A stretch of 64,000 nt of DNA from Octopus sinensis (Eukaryota), in the NCBI RefSeq assembly GCF_006345805.1, contig NC_043000.1:57846001-57910000 (forward strand). The letters run 5' to 3'. Position 1 is the stretch's first letter. Every line of letters begins with the position of its first letter. The position numbers were made by a program, and so were the translations under genes. The notes under the pieces are model-generated. The model did not search any database. It was not told the origin of the DNA and saw only the letters and a list, made by a program, of their open reading frames with translations. This document shows positions 1-13,172 of this stretch, piece after piece.

Positions 1-54
1 GGTCTACATCAAAACCCAAAATCATTGATCTGACTATATACGCTGGGAACTTAC

Positions 55-116
55 CTCCCTTTGTCTGTCATTAAGTTCAGTGCTTTTGTGACTTTGAAGT
101 TGTTTTAACTCTAATT
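55..116 (-). CDS. Possible small coding exon of unidentified host gene (LELKQLQSHKSTELNDRQRE)
   Basis: Minus strand: GACTAAC branch-like motif, AG acceptor, 62-nt open frame and strong donor GAG|GTAAGT. The polypyrimidine tract is weak and no homology is recognised. Confidence 0.25.
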
Positions 117-217
117 CTTAGCAATAGTGGTGTTAGTCAGTACCCTCTGTCACTTTTGTAACCTCTATTAAATTTGCCTTTAGGTTCAAATTGCTAATAA
201 GCCACCCATTTAATTTG

Positions 218-256
<39 letters not shown>

Positions 257-1959
257 ATATATATATGCACACACATATATATGAGAGAGAGAAGGGGGAA
301 ATGAAAAAACAAAGAAGTGCATTTATAAAAGTAAAAATCTAATAAAACAAAACATTTAAAGCTTACTGAAGACGATGCTTTGAAGAAATAGAACATAGCC
401 AGATCATTACCAGTGAATAAATAGTGATCATTCATGAAAAAAAAAAAGAAAGACAGTAAACCCTATATTATAAATATCAATAATTTATATGTTAATGTTG
501 CTTTTCCCATCATTAGTATTTTTTCTAAAAATATACTCATCATTTGTGATTATTGTTGGAACTAAAATAGCTATTTTAGAATTTGCAACATGAATGAGTA
601 ATTGGTAAAGTCTGAGATTAAAAAAAGAAAAAACAACATATTTCAAAAGAAGTTCTTGTTTATTGATTGAAAAGGAATTTCCAATTTTGTACTGTGATAA
701 AGACACACAGACACACATCCTCAGCTTGGAATGTACATATATGGCACCTCATAGTAGTGGCTTTTCAGATGAAATATTATTATCTACTGCCATGTCCTAA
801 AGTGCAACAGACCAAGAAATATCCTGAGGTATAATCTAAGCTTTAGCTTAAATATAAAAACAAATATTAGCAATGAGTTCCTAAATTTAATTTCTGGTTT
901 TTACTTTCTAGCCAATCATCAATATCATATGACCTTTAGCAGAAACTAGGTTAAAGTTGGCTATTTTTTGTGTAAAATTTTTGCATGTTCAATTAGTTAA
1001 TTTCAGTTCAAAAAGATCAGTATTAATAATTCCGTACTCCTCCCATTGTATTACTCCAAATAGTTGTCCTCTCAATGGTAACTACTATTCAAAAACATTA
1101 ATTTATCATGCTAAAGTGCAACTAGACAATAAGCACAATATTTAAATCTTTCAGTGGGTTAACTTAAAAGGAAATTCAAGATTTGTTTTTATGGATGTAC
1201 CCATTTTTTAAAGCATGCAGAAAAGAGAATTTCAACAATTTTGTCTAGGTATATTTGGATTTTCAAAGAAACTAAAATTAAATGATTTCAAAGCACACTG
1301 TACTTTATAAACACAAACCCTTCATTCAAACTTGTAATGCACATGCATTAAATCATTGACCTGAATACTTCAACTTCTTACAGACATGTCTAAATACTTG
1401 TTTTGTAGTCACTTATCTTTTGGCACTATCTTTTGATATAATTCTCTTTCCCTTACATTAAAGATATAAATATCATATTTTACAAATTGATTGCCTTGCA
1501 TGTTTCAACTTTCATGCATATATACCTTTTTCTTCTAATTTCTTTCTAAATTTAAAAAATATTTCTTCCTTTCCTTCATGTTTCATCATTTCTGTTTACT
1601 TTCATTTTTACTTTTCCTTTTTTTGTATTCACTTTTCCTTATTACATTTGTATAGTTATTACATATCTTTTCACAGTTTGAGAAAAAATTATTATGTTCA
1701 ATATACATATTTATACATTTACACCAATTCTTTTTCTTTGTCTCTTCTCTTTTGGCTTTTTGGTCTCTTCCCAACCTGAAAACCATTCCTTTTCCATTTC
1801 TTTACTCCATTTGTACACACCAGTTATATGGTCAATAAATAAGATCCTTTTGTCTCAACCTTAGTCAATGAAAACTTGTGTAGGTATTTTAAATATCTTA
1901 CATAAGCATACACCCAATGGTTTTCTTTTCAAAAGGAATGTTGGCTTGTCCAGCTATCC

Positions 1960-2290
1960 AGTGGGGTGGCATCATTTGAAAGCCAATAGTCTGATTGTAA
2001 GTGTACATGTTCAACAGAGTGCCAGTGTTCTGAGATAGAAGCTAAGCATAAGAGGAATTGGTTGCTGTGCTCAAGAGAGAAGACTGCACTAGTTTGATCA
2101 TGTGATGTGGATGGATGCCAACATCTCCATAAAGAAGAGCCGATGTCTCACAGTGGATGGAACATGACATAGGGAGACATGGGACGAAGTACTGAAAAAA
2201 ATGATCTCAGGAAGCTGAACCTTTCAGGTGAGATGACAAAAGACTGAGATACCCAGTACCTGGCCGTACTCAAGAAAACATGCCACAGAA
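1960..2290 (+). mobile_element. Decayed 3' end of RTE-clade LINE
   Basis: Degenerate RT C-terminal sequence (GHV-M ... TWDEVLK-DLRKLNL) similar to the better copy at 14603-15060. Confidence 0.55.
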
Positions 2291-2299
2291 ATGTTAAGA

Positions 2300-2615
2300 C
2301 CGATCCTTCTAGCAGTGTAAAGCACCAGTGTGGTGCCATGTAAAAGTACCTGTGCAGAACCACGTAAAAGTTCCCATGCAGTGCCACATAAAAGTGTCCA
2401 TGTGGTGCCATGTAAAAGTGCCCGTGCAGTATCATGTAAAAGCACCTAGCACACCCTGTAAAGTGGTTGGAGTTAGGAAGGGCATCCAGCCGTAGAAACC
2501 ATGCCAAATCAGACGGGATTTTGGTGCAGCCCCCCCCCCCCACAGCTTTCCAGCTCTGGTCACACTATCCAACCAATGCCAGCATGGACAACGAATGTTA
2601 AATAATGATGATGAC
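2300..2615 (+). mobile_element. Non-autonomous RTE-tailed repeat with internal 23-bp tandem array
   Basis: About six GTGCCATGTAAAAG-containing units, then the shared tail GGTTGG..TTAGGAAGGGCATCCAGC..CCATGCCAGCATGGA..(GAT)n seen at many sites in the window. Confidence 0.75.
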
Positions 2616-3293
2616 TACACACACACACACATTAGTTGATACGTATTGGTGACAAATATCTTTAAGCTGTAATCTCCACAGATAAACAAATCTGGGTTTA
2701 GTGGCTATCCACAGTATAAGCTCTAGCTCTCTCCATGGATAGATGAAGGTGGGTGTATTATCTCTGAAGAGAACACATACCTCTAAGACCAAAACTGGAT
2801 CAAGCCAATACTCCCTTTTCTGTCCATGGAGAGACAGAAAAGAAATTTGCATATATTTGCCAGGCGTATTCGTCACAGTTATAATTAATAAAAAAAACTA
2901 AAAAAAAAACAAAAACAACAGCCTTGTATTGCTTATTAAATACATATTTCAATAAATCAAAGACACTATTTTGTCCCTGACTAATTGAATAATTGATTAT
3001 GTAAGTAGTCAAAAGAAGCACTATTTAAGGTATATGGACAGACTGATTTAATAAAGCTCTGATGTTTAATGGCTATAAAAAACCTGTAAACTATATCTCT
3101 ATGTGTGGATAAATAAAGAACAGTGCATAGCCCTTTAAGAAATCCCCACAAGGTTTGAAATCAGGCCAAGCCTAACCTGCTTTTTATGTCCTTGGGAGAG
3201 ATGTGCGCATCACCATGATGGCTAAAAAAAAAACTTGTACTGCTTACAAAGCATTACTTTAAAGTACCAATCACACATTGTTTAGTACATCAT

Positions 3294-3324
<31 letters not shown>

Positions 3325-6300
3325 TATATATAGGTTGTGTATTTTATGTGATGAGGACTATAAAAATCTGCCAAGAAATTAAAACAAAGCTTGGCAAACT
3401 CACCTTATAATGTTTGATGTTAGAAACTACAGAGAGCAAAAAAAAAAAAAAAGCCGACTAGTTTTCAAATGAAACGTCAGTTTTTAAGTGCCATTGGGTG
3501 GTAGTGAATTTTGAAATAGATTACTTATTCTCAAATGTCACTGAAATGGTTTGTAATAATATCAAACAACCTAATGTGATAAAATTGTTCAAAAAGAAAT
3601 GATTTAATGTTATTTAATTTTTCAGATAAGCAGATAAGAAAGTTGGCAGAGACATAAAACTACAAAAGGTGTTGCAGTAAGAGACAAGGCATTACTTATA
3701 TATCAAATCTAAGGTATATACATTGGTAAGTAATAGAATCACTTCACAGATTACTGATCTAAATAAACAAAAAACACTGCAGATTATATGTAGCTTATTA
3801 ACGTTTCATTCAGCTTCATTATAGAAGTAAAATACTCCCATTTTAAAAATTTTACTGATTATATTTACAAGAATTGTGCCCAAAATTAGCAAATTGTAGG
3901 AAAACTAGATATTAAAATTTGAAATAGGAATAGTTTGGAGAAGAGAATTTCAAGAATTTTAAAACATTATCTTTCACTCAAAGGAGTTATATTTCATCAG
4001 CATGTAATGTTTATTGGAAGATTAGTTTATTGAGCTTTGAAGCAAGCTAGTTGCTTATCTCCTTTATTCATTTACATGAAGTATCATTCTTTCAGTTTTT
4101 TTTTTGTTAAAGCTTGAAAGCCTTTCTGATGAACCTCCCTATGAAATGAAAATTGTACAGCTTATCTTAAAAAAGGAAATTTAGGATAACTGGCAAAGAA
4201 ATACAAGAATAGATAACAAAATATCTATAGAATAGCTTGATTACAGATAACTAGTCAACAATTTCTTACTTAATCATATGATTTATGATCCAACACTGGC
4301 TCCAAAAAAAAAAAAAATATTGATGAAATTTTTGAGTAGTAAGTTTTCTTGTACTAATAAGTATAATCTAAAACATCATACACACCACTAACCGAAATAT
4401 GTTTTTCATATCAGCATGTAGAAATTCTGTTGCCAGTAAGATATTTAAGCCGCTTTGAGAAAACATACCAATATTTTCATTGCATTAAAGTAAATTTTAT
4501 TTTTACATAGTTTACCAATTCTTTTCTCATTTGAAAATCAACTCATGAAGCAGTTACCTGCAGTCTGGCTTCCTCTCAAACAGGTACAAATCCAGATGGT
4601 CTGCTTTGGCATGCATTAAGTAAATATGAACTTAATAGGGTTTCTGATAAAATATCACCTAGGGTTACTCAACAAACTAGATTCTGTGAGGCATCAACTG
4701 TAAATTACTGAATAAATGAAACAATATTTTAACCAGATTTGATAGTTAACACTATTTGCCCATGGAATTCTGAGCAGATAAAATTTATGGAGTGGCTTTA
4801 GTGGTAGAATTTGACTGTGCTATCAGAATTGTTAGGACTGAATATGAAAAAGATGTGAATGAGAAAAACAGGTATTTTAGTAAGTAGTTGGTGAGAGAAT
4901 TCTGTGATATTTAAGACTAAAATTGCTGTGGACTTTGCACAGAAATTTTCTTGGTTTCATTTACTTGCTAATGTTGATTAGTTTGGAAATGGAAATAGAG
5001 TTAAAAAGACTTATAAGAAATTATAGTCACACCATTATCAAACCATTATTAATTACTAATTCATAATAAAAAATGATAGTTTAAAGGAATTAATCATTTA
5101 TGCATGAATGAATAAGAAATAATTTTATTTTTTAATTTTAAGCCATTATTTCCATTTATATGAAATATCATGCATTCAGTGTATGGAAAATCGTTTTGGT
5201 TACTTACACGTCATATTCTAAAAAAAATTTGGGATATCTAGTGAAAAAAGATAATGACAAACATCAAAATATCTGTGGAATAACTTGATTACAAGTCAAA
5301 AATTTCCTCTTTAAATATACCAATACTGATTCAGTATTGACACCTGATAAAATATTGAAGAAATTTTAAATAGAAAGTTATCTTGTATTCATAGACATAA
5401 ATTATCAAAGACAATGTAAATGAAAATAGAAAGTACAGAATTAACATTATATTGACATAGCCACCTCCAATAAACTGAATTTCTAGTAAAACAAATTCAT
5501 AATTTGTTTGTTTTTAGCTAAAAACACTATTAGAAAGTAGCTGTGAAACTTGATTATAATACATTTGAACAACACTTATAATATTCATGAAACTACCATG
5601 TAACAATTTGGGAGAAAATGTGACAATGAACCTTTTTTGCCTTATGAAATAAATGAAGTAAAATGAATATGACTGCAGAAACCATCCAAGCTAGGTGCCG
5701 TCTAAATGACCTTGCATAAAAGCAATCAAATGAGTGTGAGTCTAAGAACATGTTTTCATAAAAAATATAAATGTCAATTCATCAACATTGTAATAAAAGA
5801 TTAATTTAAAATCAAGGACAGTTATACTTTGAAAATAAATAAATAATTATATTAACTGTAACCGGACCTTTTCCTGATGAGACTCTTGAGAATAGAATAA
5901 ATACAGCACTGGCATTAAGCTAAAAGAATATTTTTTTCATTCCAGTAGAAAGTGAGCTTGTTATTCTTTATATCCATATTATATGTTCACTGTTATTTTT
6001 GTTACACAAGAGACATTTTATATTAGAGATATACAACGAGGGTCATTATCCTTAATGACTTTGGGGGAGGAGAAACTGTATTGTTGAACTCTTCATGCTC
6101 CTCTTGAAATTATTAGCAAAAAAAAAAATAAAGATGTCAACAGCTCAGCTACAACCATAAATCAAAACTGGGCCTGAGACTTGAGTTCACTGAAAGGTTA
6201 CTTTCTGATCAAGGCTTTCCTATTCCCAATCCAAAATAAATATATCAACAGAATAAGAATATAAAAATGTAAATAAATTATTTAACACTAGCTCTTCTTA

Positions 6301-6750
6301 TGTATTTAATCCATATATTAAGCTAATTAGTCATAACTTATATTATCTATAAGCCAATTTAGAACAAATATTTTAAAATGATCATTAGAATATATGATAT
6401 ACATCAGTGCAAAAAATAACAATTTATTGCTTGAAATTTTGTATCTAGAAATATAATTCAGTAACTGACCAGTTCCATGAACTTTAGGACTGAATAAAAT
6501 TCATGTTTTTCCTAGGATAAGGGCATAACTGTGTGGTTAGGAAGTTTGCTTTGCACCTACATGACTCTAGATTCATTCTTACTACATGGTACTATAAGCA
6601 GAGTGTCTTCTAATGTTGCCTTGAGTTTTTTAATACTCCGAGTAAAGTTTGGTAAATGGAAATTACACACACATGTATATATATCTATAATAATAAGCGA
6701 ATGTTAGTGTATTAGTGTGTTGCACTTTTTCAACTTTACTCCTCCGACCC

Positions 6751-6880
6751 TCTCTCTCACTATTCAATGACACTTCTACTCTTCCTCATGCTTTACCCTT
6801 CTCTCATTATTCAATGATACTTCTACTATTCCTCATGCTTTACCCCTCTCTCACTATTCAATGACTTCTACGATTCTTCA
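6751..6880. repeat. Tandem repeat, about 47-bp unit x ~2.7
   Basis: CTCTCTCACTATTCAATGACACTTCTACT..TTCCTCATGCTTTACC repeated directly. Confidence 0.85.
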
Positions 6881-7120
6881 CTTTTGGTTTTTCTTAATCC
6901 TAAACATTTAAAAAAAAATATTTCTCTAAATATAGCTATTTCCAAAACAAACATTTTGTAAAAATCTTTCTCTAAATATTATAACTGTATCAAGTAATTT
7001 AACCATAACATCTGTTTCATAATGTTTAGAACTGAAATATGTATTGAACTCACTCTCTCATACAATATTACCTCTCATAACTCTCTACCATAAAAATGTT
7101 GGAAAATTAGTATATTTTCA

Positions 7121-7224
7121 GGTATTAATAAAACTTGTCAGACCTATTTTCATGCTGCCAGAGCTATGGAAACTTAGTGCACTCTGCGTGCATGAAAACA
7201 GATTTGACTAATTTTATTATTACC
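7121..7224. repeat. Imperfect 35-bp inverted repeat (hairpin), probably TE subterminal
   Basis: GGTATTAATAAAACTTGTCAGACCTATTTTCATGC versus GCATGAAAACAGATTTGACTAATTTTATTATTACC. Confidence 0.75.
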
Positions 7225-7495
7225 TTAAATAATACTAAAAAATACCAAATTTCAAACATCTTTATGGTCACATACATTAAGAGCAATTCCAGATCATAAA
7301 AATCACACTTTGAAATAGTGGTGTAATTTTCCTTCAAACTATGAACAGGAGTTTAGATACATACCAGCTACTACAAATAATTGTTTGTATGAAAAGTAAG
7401 GCTCTCACATACAACAAATAGTCTTTAAATTAAGTGGTGGCAGAAGAATTATCATTGAACTTTTAAAAGGTAAGTTTATGGTTGCCAATAGGTTG

Positions 7496-7582
7496 TCAAG
7501 AATAGGAAATGGAAACAAGCTATTTGTACTGACTCCAGAAGGGAAGACAAAAGATGTTGTTTATCATATAGTTTTGCAATAA
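7496..7582 (+). pseudogene. Helitron Rep/helicase C-terminal relic
   Basis: Translates SRIGNGNKLFVLTPEGKTKDVVYHIVLQ*, matching the Pif1-helicase C-terminal SRV...T.NVVY motif of Helitrons. The upstream sequence is frameshifted. Confidence 0.6.
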
Positions 7583-7744
7583 TTTTCAAGTCAACAAATT
7601 ATATCATTGTTTTGATGAAAAATTGTGCTTTGCTAGAAAAATAATGTTCAAGTTTAATAAAATTTAATATGTACACAATGCATAAGGTGTCATCCATTGT
7701 AGGTAGGTTAAAAGCCACCAGGTAGGGCAGTTTTTAAGTTAGCA

Positions 7745-7780
<36 letters not shown>

Positions 7781-7789
7781 CACTTATAT

Positions 7790-8140
7790 ATTCTTTTATT
7801 TGTTTCAGTCATTTGTGCACCAACTTTTAGTCGAACAAATCAAGCCCAGGATTTATTCTTTGTAAGCTGAGTAAATATTCTATTGGTCTCAAAGTTACAA
7901 AGACATAAACACACCAACATCGGTTGTCAAGCAATGGTGGGGTAACAAAGACACACACACACACACACAAACATATTTATATGACCAGCTGCTTTCAGTT
8001 TCCATCTACTAAATCCACTTACAAGGTCTTGGTCAGCCCGAGGCTATAGTGGAAGACATTTGCCCAAGGTGCCGCACAGTGGGACTGAACCCAGAACAAT
8101 GTGGTTGGTAAACAAGCTACTTACCACACAGACACACCTG
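7790..8140 (-). mobile_element. tRNA-derived SINE, abundant family (GTGTGGTAAGAAGCTTGCTTCCCAACCACATGG head)
   Basis: Reverse complement matches the copies at 26705, 29662, 31845 and 52748. Confidence 0.8.
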
Positions 8141-8455
8141 CACCTATATATATATATATATATAACCAGTGTTGTTCAAATGATGAATAGCTTTGCGTAA
8201 ACCATTGGTTCGTTTTGTTTTACTTTATTATCATCTTATAATCATCTCATAATAATGACTTTTATGACTTGTATTACTACCTCAGTCAATCTAAATGTAT
8301 ATATTTGTCGTTACCTATTCATAAATAGCCTTTTTCTATTTGCAATATGCATTTTCGTTGATTTTTCATATTTTACCCTTACATTTCCACGTGTATTTTA
8401 TATTTTCTTTTTGTAACATATTTCTACTATATATATATATATCGTATATATATTG

Positions 8456-8490
<35 letters not shown>

Positions 8491-8504
8491 ATAGTATATA
8501 TATT

Positions 8505-8806
8505 GGAGACGCAATGGCCCATTGGTTAGGGCAGCGGACTCGCGGTCGTAGGATCGTGGTTTCGATTCCCAGGCCAGGCGTTGTGTGTGTTTATTGAGCG
8601 AAAACACCTAAAAGCTCCACGAGGCTCCGGCAGGGGGTGGTGATCCCTGCTGTACTCTTTCACGACTCTTTCTCTCACTCCTCTGTTGGCCTGCTCGCTT
8701 AGCCAGCGAGGTGGCGTCATTCAAAGGCTAAAACAATGCGAACGCATTGTGACCAGCGATGTGTAGCAACATCTGATGGTCTGGTCGGTCACGTCATCAC
8801 GTGATC
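8505..8806 (+). mobile_element. tRNA-derived SINE (young family), flanked by a 105-120 bp direct repeat
   Basis: A-box TGGCCCATTGG, B-box GTTTCGATTCC and CACGTGAT tail. Near-identical copy at 28249-28560. Confidence 0.9.
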
Positions 8807-8914
8807 ACATTTCCACATGTATTTTATATTTTCTTTTTATAACATATTTCTACTATATATATATATATATCGTATATATATATATATGTGTGTGTGTGTG
8901 TATAGTATATACAG

Positions 8915-9372
8915 CTGTAACCTTTGCCAGTGTTGCATAACCAGCCCGCTCAAAAGTACCTTGGATTGTAGGGTGACATGCTGTGCTTGAGGAGACCTAC
9001 TGAGTCAAGTACATCAACATCAACATAAAATTCAAATCAAATGGAAATTGAAGTTGTGATCACCGTGCTGGTAGCACATAAAATGCAATATCCGAACGTG
9101 GCTGATGCCAGTGCTGCTTTGACTGGCTTCTGTGCTGGTGGCACGTAAAAAGCACCATCCGATCATGGTTGATGCCAGCTCCCCTCACCCCTATGCTGGT
9201 GGCACATAAAAAGCACCCACTACACTATTGGAGCGGTTGGCATTAGGTAGGCATTAGTTGTAGAAATACTGCTAGATCAGATTGGAGCCTGGTGCAGGCG
9301 CCTGGCTTCCAAGATCCCAGTCGAACTGTTCAACCCATGCCAGCATGGAAAATGGATGTTAAACAATGATGA
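8915..9372 (+). mobile_element. RTE-tailed non-autonomous repeat
   Basis: Modular GGTGGCAC(G/A)TAAAAAGCACC body and CCATGCCAGCATGGAAAA..GTTAAACAATGATGAT tail. Confidence 0.75.
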
Positions 9373-9633
9373 TGATAGTATATATGTGTGTGTGTGTGTG
9401 TATATATATATATGTGTGTGTGTCTGTGTGTTTATGCATATGTATATATATATATATATATACACACACTGTGTATATATATATATATAAGTATATGTAT
9501 ACAGTATATATATATATATATACGTATACAGTATATATATTGTATATATTCATAGTATATATATATATGTATAAATATTTATATATATATATATATATAT
9601 ATATGTATAAATATTTATATATATATATATGTA

Positions 9634-9673
<40 letters not shown>

Positions 9674-9735
9674 TATATATATAGATATGTAGTTTATATA
9701 TAGATATATATATATATACAGTATATATATAGTAT

Positions 9736-9809
<74 letters not shown>

Positions 9810-9845
9810 TATTTATATATATACATACACACACGCACACATATA
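9373..9845. repeat. Long compound (AT)n/(GT)n microsatellite
   Basis: About 470 bp of interrupted TA repeats. Confidence 0.95.
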
Positions 9846-10032
9846 CATAGAGGTTGAGAAACCAACAAATAGATAGTACCTATCCAATATACTGCTGGTA
9901 GTGTACCCAATTATTCTTACCCAAGTGCTAGTTATTACGTGGCAAGCTCGCACCTATGTGTTATATATTGGCGGGGTAAAAAGTGATTGACCCTTGATGT
10001 ATACAGCAAATAAGAAAGTGGAGAGGATACAA

Positions 10033-10088
10033 AATTGACAGACATCAGCCGGTAAACTAGAATGTTTTCCGGCTGATGTCTGTCAATT
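10033..10088. repeat. Perfect 20-bp hairpin
   Basis: AATTGACAGACATCAGCCGG (10033-10052) / CCGGCTGATGTCTGTCAATT (10069-10088). Confidence 0.95.
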
Positions 10089-10139
10089 CTGAATATTGAA
10101 TATATATATATATATATATTTTGTGAAATAGAAAGATGA

Positions 10140-11137
10140 ATAATCTTGTTGCAGATTCATCAAAAGTTTAACCGATACCTTGGTAGCAAAAATCACAGCA
10201 GAAGACAGCACGGTTGGAGGTACAACCATATGGTGTTGCAACCGTGCGTTGGTGCGGATAATTGAATTTTAATATTATTAGTCAATTGAAGAAATGGAGT
10301 TGAACGAAGATTGAACAGAAATCGTTTTATTGCATTCTACACGTGTTTCGAAAGGCACAATTTACCAAATTCCGATTGAATAAGGAGACCATATTGTGTC
10401 TTTCTCTTCAGGAAGAAATAGGAAATCCGTTGGAAAAAACAAAAACAGAACAGAGGCGGAGCAAAACAAATCGAACGAGGCTCCTAAGAGCCCATGGCCA
10501 AACTGTTTATCAATGTATGTTGAAAACGGGTGGTGGGTGCGTTGAAGATTTTAACGGGTCAGGCAGCGGTCATTCCGGTGGGTGCGAGCACGGGGTGCTT
10601 AGATGTTCTTTGTGACCGAGACTAAAGTTCTGACTATTTAAAGAATATTAGGTGTATTATATGGGGCGAGACAAAATCTACTTAGAAACATGTGTGTGTG
10701 TACTGTTCTATATATGCGCGGCCGCAAGTTGGTAAGAAGCGCTACACTCTGGTCGCTGCTGAGAAATCCGTCAGGGGGTAGAAAAAATCTTTTATGTGTT
10801 CGTATGTGCGTTTGATCACGCGGTCGTCAGTTGGTAAACAGCCCTACACAATGGTCACTGCTGTAAAATCCGTCGGGTGGCAGAAAAATATTTTATGTGT
10901 GCGTGTGTTCGTCTAATCATGCCTTGTCAAAGAAACCCCCCGTCGTCAAAACAAACCACCATTCGTCTCCCAGGAGTAATTCCCCTTGCAATGGTTAATC
11001 ATATTTCTCTTAAAAGCTTTTTCAGAATTTATTTCCAAGGGCTATTTTCATATAAGTAGTGTAACCGGGTGCAGGTATTATTTATAAGCGTTATTTATAA
11101 GCAAGATAAGTATAACGCCGCCAGTGGGGGCATCGAA
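10140..11137 (+). mobile_element. CpG-retaining DNA-transposon-like relic, possibly PIF/Harbinger
   Basis: Higher GC/CpG than the flanks. FTKFRLNKETILCL resembles the N-terminal FRL-K-T motif of Harbinger nucleases. Contains a diverged ~103-bp tandem duplication at 10716-10920. Confidence 0.35.
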
Positions 11138-11200
11138 AAGCCGACTGTAAAAGTCCGTTTACCAGAGACCGGATGGTAAACGGACTTTTACAGTCGGCTT
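11138..11200. repeat. Perfect 27-bp hairpin
   Basis: AAGCCGACTGTAAAAGTCCGTTTACCA, 9-nt loop, TGGTAAACGGACTTTTACAGTCGGCTT. Confidence 0.95.
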
Positions 11201-11204
11201 ATCA

Positions 11205-11590
11205 ATCAATATCAATCAAATAGAAATCAAAATGGAAATTGTAGTTGTGGCTGTTACCAGTCCTACCTGACTGCCCCCCACCCCCAAGGTAGGTGCCATG
11301 TAAAAAGCACCATCTGAATGTGGTTGGTGCCAGACCCCAGACCTGACTGGCTCCTGTACCGTTAGCACATAAAAATCCCCATCCGAACATGGCCGATGCA
11401 ATTGCCACCTGCGTGGCTCCCATGTCAGTGGCATGTAAAAAGCAACCACTAGACTCTCAGAGTGGTTGGCGTTAGGAAGAGAGAAACATTACAAGATCAG
11501 ATTGGAGCCTAATGCAGCCTCCTCACTTGCCAGTCCCCAGTCAAACCGTCCAATCCATTTAACAGACATTAAATGATGATGATGATGATG
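11205..11590 (+). mobile_element. RTE-tailed non-autonomous repeat
   Basis: Same modular body and (GAT)n tail as 8915-9372. Confidence 0.75.
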
Positions 11591-11592
11591 AG

Positions 11593-11627
<35 letters not shown>

Positions 11628-11662
11628 TATATACATACATACATACATATACATACATATAT

Positions 11663-11716
<54 letters not shown>

Positions 11717-11741
11717 CATACATACATATACATACATATAT

Positions 11742-11792
<51 letters not shown>

Positions 11793-12709
11793 AAATACAA
11801 AATGGGACAAGAACGCAAAACATTCGGACAACTAAGTGATACAAAAAGGGACAACACAAAACATCCAGACAGACGATACAAAGAAGTTTCTATCTTCAGT
11901 CAAGAACCAGATTATCCTTGCAATTTCGGCTGATTATTCTTGAGATTGTTTCAATCTACACTTTGTTCTCTTATATGTAAGTACACATTTTACAAAATCT
12001 TGTACAATTCTATTGCTATCAACCCTTTCATGCTTATTCATTCATTCCACTCTTCTTTCTTTCGTTCCCCCTCTCTCACATTTCTTTGCCTTATCTTCTT
12101 ACTCACTTTCCCTCCACTTTTCACTTCACTGTGTCTCTGTCATTTTTTTCTTGTCCCTCCATAATTCTTCTGTCCCTCTACTTCTTTCTCTTCTCTTCCC
12201 CCTCCTTAATTCTTTTGTTCCTCCTGCTTCTACTTATCTCTCTCTTCTCTTCCCACGTGACCGATCAGCCAGACTGCTTGCTCTTTCTGGGTCTGACCGT
12301 GGTCTGTGCAATATCGATATTCTTCCCTGTTTATGAAATTTTTGTATATCAGAAGGACACTGATATAAAACCTGCGACTGCAAATGTACCTAATGATGTT
12401 GACTTTTTCTTTTTGGATCATGCTTTGTAGTTTAGAGAGTGGGAATGGTTGCTGTACAAAACTTTTCCTCACTTTAAAAAGTGTCAGGCACAGGTATTGC
12501 TGGGGAGGAAAAAGAAATGGACATCTTGTATGTACATGGCTGGCGGAAGCTTAAAAAGGCACAACTAAACAATGGAAGTTCATACTGGTAATGAAGCAAA
12601 TGGCAAAAAGGGCTTGGGAATATTTTGTTCTGTGGTCTGGCCTGGCAGGTGTCCCAGGGCACCACAGCCTGGATCCAGTCATCAGCCTGCAACTGTGAAT
12701 AAATTCAAG

Positions 12710-13172
12710 TTAAGATACAAGCCTATGAATATAGGATGTTGGAATGTTCGAACGATATTAGAGAATGATTGTCTGAAATCTTGTCCGGAGAGAAGCATGT
12801 TGCAAAAGAGTTACAGTGATATGATATAGATGTTGTAGCATTAGCCAAAACAAGAATTCATGGAAAGGGGAATTTCGGAGAGAAATCTGCTGGGTATCAT
12901 TTATTTTGGAATGGGAGAATCAGGAGGGGGATTTGCTATCAAAACTACTCTGGGTTCAAAACTTGAGGAACTACCATGTGGTCATCCAGATCATTTGATG
13001 TCTTTAAGACTTCCATTAAGAAAAGTTTGCTATGCAACACTCACAAGTGCATATGCTCCAACTATTAATTCATCAGAGGATGATAAACTTGCCTTCTATC
13101 TATCACTTACAGAGATTATACGCAATATCCCCCATGATGACAAAGATGTCACTTTAGGTGATTTTAATGCTC
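12710..13172 (+). mobile_element. RTE (BovB-like) LINE 5' fragment, APE endonuclease, frameshifted
   Basis: MNIGCWNVRT..CPER, GFAIKTTL.SKLEELPCG, SAYAPTINSSEDDKLAFY and LGDFNAR motifs. Confidence 0.85.

Noticed and set aside
4530-4720. Exon or short ORF
   Set aside because: Candidate minus-strand frames are closed by stops, and the plus-strand ORF is under 60 aa with no recognisable similarity.
5865-5920. Hammerhead at CCTGATGAGACTC
   Set aside because: No GAAA, stem III or matching stem I downstream.
11489-11881. Many 60-130 aa ORFs rich in YI/VC/HT (also 9277, 33343, 38582, 46505 and others)
   Set aside because: These are translations of dinucleotide microsatellites.
11880-11960. Permuted (type II) hammerhead on the minus strand (GAAA..TC..CTGAAGA)
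   Set aside because: Stem I and stem II do not pair convincingly, and the repeat is truncated upstream.
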